Source: Hydrurus foetidus (taxonomy: Eukaryota). From it: a stretch of DNA of 54,298 bases. The translations under genes and the position numbers were made by a program. Positions 1-11,959 of this stretch are shown piece after piece. The stretch lies in contig UYFQ01000148.1 of the NCBI GenBank assembly GCA_900617105.1, positions 1 to 54,298 of the forward strand, written 5' to 3'. The notes below the pieces were generated by a model, which saw only the letters and a program-made list of their open reading frames with translations, was not told where the DNA came from and did not search any database. Each line of letters starts with the position of its first letter. The stretch's first letter is position 1.

Positions 1-3000
1 GCTATACGTGATGTAGATATCCCAAGTGGGAGTAGCAACCTAGCGGTACGTTCGACACTCGATGAACCGTTAGTGTCCGCTGCCCGGGTTTGTCGCTCAT
101 GCGGAAACCCTGCACATATTCTATCAGATTGTACAGTCATGTACTATTCCGATACCAACAACGATCACGGCTGTAACTGGTCTGATTCGTTTGTGGGTAA
201 GGCATGGCTGGCACAAGGCGAAGTTATGTGGCAGGAGAGACTCATCCTACCTGGGTTCGAAACCAGGGAGAGATTCCACCCTGCAGGGGCACCCCCTTAC
301 TTGATGTGCAACAACAAGAAGCACAAGGGTAACCAGGGTGGAGGTAAAGGGTCTAACCCAAATCAGGGGAACCAGAACCAAGGTTCTGGAAACCGCGGGA
401 ATCAAAACCAAGGTAACCAGAACCAAGGTTACGGTAACCAAAACCAAAACCGCAACCAAGGAAACTCCGGTCCTGCGGGTAACCAAGGTGGTGGCAGAGG
501 GTACCAAGGGAGAAACCCTCGAGGGGGTAGATACAACCCGCCCCACGGGGATAACAACGCGAGCGCCGGCTCTGCAAACCAACAAGGTACATATGATCAT
601 GATGTCGATTCATCTGATATCACTGACATAGAGCATTCAGTATCATGCATTACTGCATCTACCATTTCAGCAATTATTCCCGATGAATTTTTGCATGATC
701 CATCAATTCTACCTTCTGACCATCTCAACGTAACGGTTTTGGTACAGGATAAGGATAAGGAGCGCCAATCTAGCGTACGACGCATTGTGGGCAAGGCCGT
801 ACTCGATACCGCCAATTACTCCGAGGATTTTATTTCTTTCACTATGATTGATAAATTGAATGCTAAACATAACTGTTATACAGCTTCTAAAGCCATTACT
901 GTTTGCTCTGGTCTCGATGGCCAGTGCTATATAAATAACGAAATGATTGATTTAATTCTTAAATTTCATTCTTATGACGGCGAATGTCATACCATCCCTT
1001 TAACGATGCGGGTTAATAGGAACACAGACATTGAACTTTTATTAAGTCGAAAAACTGTAAATAAATATGATTTTATGTCATTAACACCTTTCGCTTTTGG
1101 CATTTCTCCCGAGCTTAGTGCCGAGAACAAAAGGAAGCGTGATGCTCGTTGGCTCGAGTTTGAAGAAAGGGAAGCGATAGCCAAGCTTGACCCACTTCAC
1201 TGGCACAAATACACCAGACGTGTGATATCTGAGGGTTTCATACCCGAAGAACCGGAAGTAGAGTCGATTACACCAACATACGATATGTTAAAGGGTATCA
1301 CAAAAGCAAAACTTTCGGATCGGAAAGAACCATACGGTCTATGCCCAAAGCCAACACCTAAGAAGGCCATTCTGCACGCACCTCTAACCAAGGAAGTCGT
1401 AGGGTCAGGTTGTCATACAACGTTCACGTGTAACGTTACCCAGGATGGTACCAAGGGAGTAGCTACCCAAAGTCCATGTGGTGATGTGGGTTGTGAGCGA
1501 CTGGACAGTGTCTCGACTGTACTCGCGAAACGTACGGGTGATACCCCGCACCTAGATGGTGACTCGATTCCCATCCTCACACATACCTCTGGGGACACTG
1601 TTACATCAGACTATGACGCGGAAGCCATATGGCCAAGCGGTGTCGCACTCTCCGTTGACGAGATTGACGATGATAAAACTGATACCTTCGCACCTTTCTT
1701 GCGTGACAAGACGTGCCGGAATGTACCGCCCAATGGGCCGGATGATTTCTTGTCTCAGATTCATTTTGAAGGAGATGAAAGCCTTCAAAAGGATCTCCGT
1801 ACTCTCTGTTCTGAATTCGCTGATATATTCAGTGATAAGCTAGCTCCGCAAGCTGCTGACCTCAAGCCGTTTGAGATAAACCTGCCACGGCAGAAATGGG
1901 AGGTTCCATCGAACCACGCACCAGTGCGACCCCAATCCTCTAAAAAGGAACATTATCTCCGCACTTCTATCGAAGAGATGTTGGAAGATGGTGTGATCGA
2001 GAGGTCGAACGCTGCATACTACAGTCATCCTGTAATGGTAAATAAGACAGCCGATACATATCGAACCTGCATCGATTATCGAGCACTCAATGAATGCATT
2101 GAGCCGGCCTCCTTTCCACTACCAAATATCAAACACCTCTTTGAGAGGATCGGTAATCGAAAACCGGATATTTATGGGGTGATGGATTTAACCGCGGGTT
2201 ACCATCAAGCTCCCTTATATACACCCCACCGAATCTATACGGCATTTATATGTTTCATGGGGGTGTTTCAATTCACAAGATTGCCTTTTGGCCCTTGTCG
2301 TGCCCCCTCTTACTTTCAAGAGCAGATGGTGACAACGGTCCTTCACGGTCTCATATACAGCTGTTGCGAGATGTATCTCGACGATTGCATTGTATATGGC
2401 CGGGGCGAAGCAGAGTTTCTTTGAACTTGAGGAAAGTCTTTGAGAGATTTAGACTTAAAAATCTTAAACTCAAAGCAAAGAAATGCCGATTCGGTCTTAA
2501 ACGTATCGAATACGTTGGACGAGTCATCGACAAAGATGGTTTATCCATGTCAAGAAAAGATTGAGACAGTACTCAACTTTCCACTTCCAAAAGAAGTTAC
2601 GGCATTACGGGGATTCCTTGGCTTAGCCAATTATTTCCGTCAATTCGTTCCTTTTCACTCAGAAATGGTAAAACCACTTCACATGATGGTGGACCCAAAG
2701 GCGGTTAAACGCTCTCCAATTTTTGGACCCTCGAGGGGACAAACGCATTCAATGAGACAAAGATCGCGGTATCTCGTTGTCCATTGATGTATTTCATCGA
2801 TGAAACCTCACCCATCAGATTATATACTGATGCATCTGATTATGGAATCGGTGGTGTATTATTCCAAGTCATTAATGACGAATGGAAACCAATCGCTTTT
2901 ATTAGCAAATCTCTATCTGCATCTCAGATTAATTGGTCAACAATACAAAAGGAGGCTTACGCTATCTTTTATTGCTGCCAACAATTGGATTACCTTATCC

Positions 3001-4576
3001 GAGATAGGAAATTCACTATTCATACTGATCATATGAATTTGACATATATGAAACAAAACCCTACTTCGATGGTAGCACGGTGGTTCATTGCAATGCAAGA
3101 ACTCGATTTCACCGTTCATTTTGTTAAAGGATCGGATAACGAATTAGCCGATGCGCTGTCACGTTTATGTCCAAATCTTACTGAAATTGCTCTACCGTTG
3201 ACAATTGTCAGAGATGTTTGTTCATCATCATCTTCATCTTCTTCCACAAGTGTGGCGGCTTTAACGGTTATCGAACCGGCCACAGATGAACAAATACTTC
3301 ATATTCAAATGTGCCACAATGCAATTGTTGGTCACAACGGTGTCGACCGAACCCTCACTCGACTTTACAGTCTAAACCAAGTGTGGAAAAATATGAAACA
3401 GCACGTACGTTCATACATACGAAACTGTCCTTGTTGTCAAAAACTAAGTGCGGTTGATGCGAAAATCAATGCGGCCCATTTTTCAACTTCTACTCACGCA
3501 ATTTTCGATACGTTGAATATTGACTATGTGGGTCCTTTCCCCGATAAGGGGTATATTCTCGTCATAATTGACACCTTCTCCAGATGGACAGAAATGTTCT
3601 GGTGTAAGGACGCTACTGCCGAATCTGCAGCGGAGAATTTATTAACACATTTTGGTCGATTTGGTTCGCCAAACATGATAAGATCGGATCGTGGATCCCA
3701 TTTCGCTAATGATCTCATAAAAGAGTTCTTAGATCTTACGGGTACGCCCCATAACCTCACTCTAGCTTACTCCTCTCAGGAGAATGCAATTGTTGAACGA
3801 GTCAATAAAGAGATAAATAGACATTTAAAAGGACTGGTGTTCGATACACCGTCTCTTGTCCATTATGCAAAATGCATTCCGTTCGTACAACGAATTATAA
3901 ATAGTTCAGTTAATAAACGTACGGGTGCAAGTCCAGCATCTATCCTATTCGCGGATAAACTTGATTTGAATCGAGGGATTTTAACACCTCATTTGTTACC
4001 GATGGTATCATCTTCAAATTCAACATACATTGCTGATTTAATCGAAATACAGGACAAAGTCCTCGATGCAGCAATCGACTCACTTCAAAAATGTGATGAA
4101 AAACACAAAAAGTCGACATCCGGTTTGACAGTGTTCCCTATAGGGTCGTATGTCTTGGTAAAACAAGAACACCCTCCAACTCGATTACACACTAAATGGA
4201 AAGGCCTTTCCGTGTTGTATCCTTTGAAGGATCCGAGTATGTTCTCGCGAACTTAATTACACATAAACACAATAGTGTACATGTAACGAATCTTAAAATA
4301 TTCAATTATGACCCTTCGATGGGCTTACCTGCTGATACAGCACGTCGCGATTACATGGAGTATTTCGTTGAGAAAGTTCTTAATCACTCGGGTGATAAAA
4401 AGAAACCGACTACGATGTCGTTCCATGTGAAATGGCTCAACTATGATGACTCACATAATACATGGGAGCCTTGGAAGAATCTCCGGCTCTGTGATGCACT
4501 CCATGTATACCTGAGGAACAATAACATGTCGCGTTTTGTTCCCAGAAATATTGAGAGATCAACCACCGAGGTTTGA
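1..4576 (+). pseudogene. gag-pol polyprotein with about 4 frameshifts (near 2420, 2555, 2720, 4200)
   Basis: CCHC knuckle CRSCGNPAHILSDC; protease VLDTA; RT DLTAGYHQ/LPFG/YLDD; RNase H YTDASDYG...QKEAYAI...TDH...ADALSR; integrase HHCC plus IDY/SDRGSHF/ERVN; WKGPF; chromodomain VKWLNYDDSHNTWEP. Confidence 0.92.
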
Positions 4577-4690
4577 GCTCAAACGTAATATCTTTTGAAG
4601 ATTTTTTGGCCTAATTTTTGCCCTCACGAGGGATTTTTAGGGTTTTTTAGTCAGTAAAAATCTGACATAATTACGTTTGACCCTCGTACA
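1..4690 (+). mobile_element. Ty3/gypsy chromodomain-bearing LTR retrotransposon, copy 1 (5' end outside the window; no PPT or 3' LTR seen)
   Basis: Domain order gag-PR-RT-RH-INT-chromodomain. Similarity to copy 2 (50304-54298) continues into the 3' UTR and stops at about 4690. Confidence 0.93.
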
Positions 4691-5011
4691 ACAGAACGAT
4701 TCTGGTCAAATGCCTACTTTTTTCAGAGCTTCGTTCAGGCAACACCAACATTTAAGACGGCTATAGGACAAAGCACACTCCTTAATAAAGTCGCAGTATC
4801 CCGATTTCAGGGAAATGATCGAACTGACATCAAGCAACTGCTGTAAGTCCTCCTTCCGCTTTACAAAGATTTACAAAGAAACTTTACCTCTTTGCTAATT
4901 TACACGTCCGTTGAAATGTAGGCGCTCAATTCGAGCTGGCGATAGCGTCCCAGATGCCAGAGTATCGCAGCTTAAAATTGGCAATGAAGTTGTGCGGGTG
5001 CTGAAGCTCAG

Positions 5012-5220
5012 TGCTGACTATCTGGTACAATTGTAGAAACTTATGATAGAAAATGTACATACTGTAACTCTGAGTAAACTAGTATATCTTAGATACCATC
5101 GAATCAACTGCAACGCAATGCTGACTATCTGGTGCAGTTGAAGAAACTTATGATGAATATGTACATACTGTAACGCTGAGTAAACTATTACATCTTATAT
5201 ACCATCGAATCAACTGCAAT
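5012..5220. repeat. Imperfect 107-bp tandem duplication
   Basis: tgctgactatctggt...ccatcgaatcaactgcaa starts at both 5012 and 5119. Confidence 0.85.
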
Positions 5221-8066
5221 GCAGGAATTGGTTGACAACTATTTAAAGAATTCCAATATGAACAAATTAAAAAGACGGTTCGCTCATTATTGTCTGAAAG
5301 TCAATAAAAATTACAAAGAGTTCTTGTGGCGCCTTGCCGACAAAGATATTCCGGATGATTGGCAAAAGGCAACAACATACAATAAAAGAATCTCAGCTGC
5401 AAGAAAAAAAGCGCGGCTTCAAAAACTACACGTAAGTGATTGTTACAAGATACATATCCCAAAACACCAATAATTGTTGCATAATTACTAGGATGTGGAA
5501 GACGAAGACGTCCAAAGCAATAAAAAGCTAATTAAAACTGCGCAGGTAATATTAAAACGCAAATTATGTAGATGTATAAACAATTAACATTAGATCGTTT
5601 CAAATTTCATACAGATCCAAAAAAAAAAGTCTACCCCGCAGCCAAATACGAAAAAATCAACAAAAAATGGAAAACATGTAAGATAAAATTATTCCTATGC
5701 ATCAACAAGTTTCGATATACTTAACCAATGTCGCATATATAAACAGCAGAATAATAACATAACATCGGAAGAACAAGAAATAGTGGACTTTTCGCAAGAG
5801 GAAGAAGAGGAGGAAGAGGACTTAAGTCAAGATGAAGTAGAGGAAGAAGTAGACTTATGTCAAAATAACGACGAACCTCACGTCGCGGAAATTGAGGTAA
5901 AAAAAATTGAATGCTATCTTAGACATACTCATTTATTATGGACATCAAATTGCATAATAGGAGAATACCACACAGCATCAAAATAATATACGCACTGTGT
6001 GTCTAAATATGAAATGTATTACAATAATGCATTAAACACAGAAATGTCAAGGTTCAGTGGATATACGTGAGAATGTGCAACAAGAACAAATAAGTCAAGC
6101 AAATAATGACTCATCGGTAAGTAAATAACATAACCAAATTATGCAATACTGTTGAACTAAAATTTGGATTTGTAATCTATAAATTATTAGGCTACAAATA
6201 ATAATCCATGGATTAGTATATTTACACAAAAATACGAGCACTTAGCATCACACATGCGGAACAAACTTAAAGATTTAATTGATCGCTGCTTTCAAGATAT
6301 AGTGGAAACATCTGAAAGTGGCGATACAAGCAATGCACAGAACAATAATTCAAATACTACATTAAATAATAACATACAAAATATAACAGCAAGATGCTCA
6401 GAAACAGATAGCAATGAGAATAGTTCTACTCTAATACATCCTACATCACAAGAATCGCAGAATATAAATACGCTAGGGCATAATTCATCTAATAATGTAT
6501 CGGGCGGTAATATTCAAGAAATTACAGAAATATTTATTCCAATTGAACATACTGGTATAAATGTGATGAAGGACACCGACACTTCTCTTGAGGATACAAC
6601 ATCTATTGGCATTTTACAAAATATGAATATTAATACGCTACAACAACGATTGCAGGATAATGTACCGGATAATAATAATCCACAAGAAACGCATGAAATT
6701 ATACCAATACAACAAACAATAATTAATGTTATGAATGACACCGTATTTACTCCACAGAATATCACATCTATTGAAATTATACCAATTATAAATCCACAAA
6801 TAAATATCATGGCGGACAACACATCTACGCATGAAGATCTAACATCAGTTCAACATCCAAGACCTAATATTGTAACACAAATGACACAAACAACACCACT
6901 ACCAAAAACATTAACAACAAAAACAAATACAAACTCTAGAACTGGTAAACATTCAAACGCAAAGAAGAAAAATCAAACTACAGAGCCGCAAAATAATACT
7001 CAAAAGCCGCAAAATAAAATTACAGTGCAAAATCGTAAACGAACAAAAGTACCATATACGCCATACGAAATCACCATAACAGAAAGGGACAGAGTTAATT
7101 GTACAATCTCACAGGAAACATTTTTCAGTTCTGCAGAACAACCTTGAATAGGACGTGGTCAAAACACAACTCCAATATGTAGAATACGAGAAATAGAAGA
7201 ACTGACAAGTGATGAGATTGATTTACATACAAATCATTTAAATGACAAAATCAGACAATGCAAAAATACAAACGTTATTATATTAAATGTGGATTTTTAT
7301 ATTATGGCACTAAGGTATATTGTACAAGAGGAGGACGAATTTAATGCAGCACCATTTGCAACGCCAAATGATGATATGACACAATATGGTGAACTAGTAG
7401 AAAAAAGACCACTACTTGAACCATACAATAAGCAAAATGAAATTAGATACACAACACTTGTTGAAAGTTTTCCAACCGCAGATGACTTTAAAAACTTTCA
7501 GAAGGTATGTTGCAACATAATTACACATACAAATATATATATTTCACCAACTATACTAACAAATACATGTGCGCACATAATCACAGATATGTTTTCCAAT
7601 ACAAACAGCTGGCCATTGGATGCTTATTGTAGTTTCCATAAAACACAGACTTATATTAATGTGCGATAGCATCGCTGAATCATTAATCCCAGAAAGATGT
7701 ATTGAGGATACAGTATCCTTTCTCAGATATTACTACCCCGAAATACAAGAAACACAATGGAGATATGATACCTTACATAAGGGTGACAGATTTCAAAACG
7801 TTAACTTGAACAAAGACTGCGGCTTTCACATATTAAACTTTATTCATGCGGCAATTAAAAATGTAAGAATTCCACAATTACATGAAACCTTTAATGCATT
7901 CAAAGCACGTACTGAAAAACTGTTAAAAGAATTACAAAATCCCGCAAATACTCAGTCAACATCTTCCTCGAGCGCGATAAACACAGAACTGACACAAACA
8001 CATTCACCACAAGAACAATCCGAAAATACGCAACAAACACAGCCGGAAATTACGCCACAAGAATAA
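5219..8066 (+). CDS. AT-rich multi-exon gene (possibly degenerate) ending in a Ulp1/SENP-type (C48) cysteine protease domain; exon boundaries approximate
   Basis: Splicing intron 7505-7586 (AAG|GTATGT...CACAG) gives FQK-ICFPIQTAGHWMLIVV...MCDSI...FQNVNLNKDCGFHIL, the H-D-Q-C order of Ulp1 proteases. Upstream exons are K/E-rich and N/T/Q-rich with short GT-AG introns. There is an in-frame TGA at 7145-7147. Confidence 0.6.
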
Positions 8067-8677
8067 CATGACCCACATGACAATCGAAAAAGATTCATAA
8101 ATAGAACACTTGGTGACATCTCATATTAGTAGAAATGTATATACAAATCCGATTGCTAACATTTAAATTGTTTTGTAACTAACATATTATTATAATTTGA
8201 ATAGCCGTCAAATGTCAATTCTTCTGCCATGTTTAATGCAAGTAAAGAGGATTATAACACCAGACAGAAAGCCAGACAGATCATTATATTGACAAAGAAA
8301 TTGCCAACGGAAATTCGTAACTCCTCAGGCATAAAATCTGGCGAACAGTGATAGTAAAGTCGGAACAAGCATACCCAGATCAAAAATTTCAATTGCAAGG
8401 AACCAAACATTTTTTTATTTTATACGCATTTTGCATCCGAATTGTTTTCGTGGGTACACAAGAAACGACTGGATTAACATATGCGGATAAGTTTAAACAA
8501 CACCTGACACATCTCATCGGATATCCCAAATCTCTAGTTAACGCAAATATTCATGAAGTCAGTAACCGAAAATCGTAAATGACAAATAAACACTAAACTA
8601 CATTAATATAATGTACATTTATATTGAAATGCAACCTTAGCAAAATAAATATAAACTTTAGATATAATACAACATCG

Positions 8678-8935
8678 TGTATACAGTATATTTTACAGTA
8701 TATACAATATACAGTATAAAGTATATATACAAGACACAATATACTATACAATCAGTTGATACTTTTGATTGATAATGTTGCTTATGTCCGAAACAGAGTA
8801 TTCGTATCCATTCATACATGCACAATAATAAATATACAGTATACAATATATAGAATATATACAGTATACAATATATAGAATATGTTGTATACAGCATATA
8901 TACAGAATACAGTATACGTATTAAACGGTATACAC
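8678..8935. repeat. Degenerate TATACAG/TATACAA low-complexity repeat
   Basis: Repeated tatacagta / tatacaata units in very AT-rich sequence. Confidence 0.7.
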
Positions 8936-9216
8936 GTAAAACATTTTATTTTGTATTTTATCCCCCACCTGGCACGTTGATACGCGCCCCCCCACAATAG
9001 CTAGGGCGGTTTCAGGGGCGGAAAAAAAGCCGGATTGAGGATTTCTAGGGGCGGTTGTGTCAGACCCTAGTTTGCGCAAATACTCTAATATTTTATATTT
9101 TAAGAGTCGCCGGCCCTAAGTGGGGTGTTTGTTGACTGTGGAAAAAGTTCGTAGGATTTTTCGTGGGTCGTTTTAGATTAATTTTTAAGATTTGTTTAGG
9201 AATTTTTTGCACAATC

Positions 9217-10577
9217 TTATAACCGACCGAAGGTCGGTATATTTAGAACCGTACATGTACGTACAACTATTTTGATGGATCTCTACAGGCGGGGCTCCAA
9301 ATCGTCGATATGAATTCATACTCGAAAGGTGGCTTCATCACAACCACTTCTCACAAATTTTCGACGTTGTTGGATATCCCAGGTAACTCTAGCAGCCTCT
9401 TTGCATCCCGATTGTTGTGCATTTCTAAAACTAGAAAAATTGAAGATAGCAATTTCCTGTAATCTGTGTCTCTGAAAATTCAGTTTCACGTAGAATGCCT
9501 CTCAGGAAGCGTCGTCTACAGGACATGGCAGTGCCCAAAACGAGCAAGGAGCATTAAGTGCTTCCTCATCAGGTATGATTCTCAAGTTTCATCCCTGCAA
9601 CCTCCTCAATTCTTTATCTCATGGTCGAAATATGACCATTTTACGATGCATCCTCTGAAAAATCACTCTACAAGTACTCTCAAGAAACTGATAGTGCCCT
9701 CCAAAACAAAATTTGACCTTCAAAACCACTCTAAAATGTGTTTATTACTGTAGGTGCAGAACACGGATGCTAGCCGAGCTGTAATGCTCCTTCCAGCCGT
9801 GGGGAGCAGAGGGTTTGGAGTGCATCAGGTAAGATATTCCTGGAGATACTTGATTTTGAATTCACTCCAGCTCTGATTTCGTTTCTGAAAATTGATCTGA
9901 TCTTTAAATATACCTGACAATCCAGGATCGAAATCGTGGAGCCATCGGAGCTGCATCTGAAAAGTCAGTTTCGGAGAGCAGAGGGTTTCGAGCACCTCAG
10001 GTGAGAAAATCCTGGAGAAATCTGATTTTGAATTCATTTCAACTCCGATTTCGCTTCTAAAAATTGATCTGATCTTCAAATATACCTGACAATCCAGGAT
10101 CGAAATCGTGGAGCAATTGGAGCTATATTCCAAAATTCAGTTTCGGAGAGGAGAGGCACTGCTGTAGATGCAAAATATTAGATAACATATTCTGTATGTA
10201 AATACGCTGGCATGTTAACACTCCAGCGATATTTGAATTCATATAATTTAGATATAAATTCTATTCATGCTTTGAATTATTTAAAGATAATAAAAGGAGT
10301 GGCAGCCCAGGCACTTCAGCTTTCACGAAATAGATCCTCTGGGGAGTGTTCTGCGGGTTCAGTTGCAGTGATAATTTGTTGCAAAACATAGTCATGAGTA
10401 GTCTGAGAGTAGTAGCTATTTCTGAAATGAAGCGGAAGGGCTTCTCAGGAAAGAATTCTTAGGAGATTTCTCGTCAAAACTATCTATTCAGTACAGTACA
10501 AATCATACAGTATAACTACACCGCAAAGCCTACGGCAGTTACGGTCGGTTCTTTATGCACAGCATACACCGTTATTT
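9217..10577 (+). mobile_element. Probable non-autonomous Helentron/DINE-1-like element
   Basis: 5' hairpin TTATAACCGACC-GAA-GGTCGGTATA; subterminal IR AACCGACCG (9221-9229) / CGGTCGGTT (10542-10550); 3' stem-loop TATGC-ACA-GCATA followed by TTATTT; no coding capacity. Confidence 0.55.
9804..10150. repeat. 172-bp tandem duplication inside the putative Helentron
   Basis: gagcagagggttt at 9804 and 9976; tatacctgacaatccaggatcgaaatcgtggagc at 9909 and 10081. Confidence 0.9.
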
Positions 10578-11778
10578 CACAAAAGATCTTAAAAACAGGA
10601 GACTATCTACTGAAGATACGGGATTACTCATCCAATCCAACTCTGGCCAATCGAAACTCTACTCACTGAGCACAAATATATAACAAGCAAGCGTAGGAGC
10701 GGATTGCTGGCGTCGCGTCTCCGAAATTCCGCCTTCATCTAGTGCTGACGCATGAAGGCCGAGCGCGCTTTTCATCTTTTGGCTTCTGGCGGATGAAATT
10801 CGAAGCGCTTGAGGTCGATGATAGAGGCATTCCGAGATAGGAGTCATTTGTATCGCACACGGTCCAATCAGAGGTACCAATCGCTGATCTTCAGTCTCAA
10901 AATCATCCTCGATTCTTTTGCCTGTGATTGACGCTCAATATTCCTCACTGATTGATGCTAAATTTTGGCCAACGTCATGATTCGAGCAGGGCTCACGTGG
11001 CGATGAGGGTATGATCTCTTGATTCCCGAAATGCTGGCTTCCTCGCGGCGGTAATATTTGGCACGAATTTCGCTGAGGTAGACCATCGGGATCGAAATTT
11101 CTGCCCTCCGCGGCGTTCAGTTCTTGATTCCGCTAATATCGTTGAAATCTTCTTCAAATCTGTCTACAGATCACGAGGCTGCGGAATTTATCGGCTGCGC
11201 GTCGCCCAGCAACCTTGAGTGAACCTTTTAGAGTTCTTTATCGTTTGCAGTGCATTTACTTTTATTTACGTAGAATGAATTTACAGGGAAAACTCTGCCA
11301 TTTTGAACTCGGTGAACCTAAATAATTAAAATGAGGTAAGTATCTAAATCTCTCTGATCATACAGGAGGATCATACAGGAAGCGGTACAGGAGGATCATC
11401 CTTTCCACGAATGCTGCTGTTCCAAATGAACAACTCGACATCCATTTCAGCCTCTTCCTTAGAGTTCCATAGGCGGGCAGGTTTCAGAGAAGTGAAGCCA
11501 CTTCGTTGCCGAACTTTGGCATAAAATGTCCACTTCCTGTTCTGCTCTGAGAAGGACGATGCCATATAAAAAATTTGATCCACCAGAAGTTTCTGAGTTT
11601 TCCGAGAAATACGCTGCTTTAAAAAAATCAATGTTGAGAACACAGTCACTTTGAAGTTTAGCTAATAGCTGCATCTTCTCTCGTCCGCAGTAGACGCCTG
11701 TAGCTGATTCAAATCCTGGACAATTTTGAAATTCGAAAAATAATTGAGATTTGAAAATTGGAGACTGTGAGATGCAAC

Positions 11779-11959
11779 TTAGAGGATGCCGATGCGGCAG
11801 TATAGGTTCTCTGGAGCGGCAAGGAGCAAGGACCGCTGACCGGAGCGAAGAAGCAATTGCCTGCGAGACAAGCTTGTCAATTACTCTTTCACTCGACACA
11901 TTACTCGCATAAATATTCGATTTCGCGAGCTTAAAAGAAATACCTTTGCTTTTTCATCA
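11779..11959 (+). repeat. Split direct repeat A1 (181 bp)
   Basis: Identical by eye to 17770-17950; ends on the A of the ORF1 ATG. Confidence 0.95.

Noticed and set aside
10600..11778. Minus-strand ORF fragments next to the YR element
   Set aside because: Multiple stops and no recognisable domain; the 11459-11899 ORF simply reads out of repeat A1.
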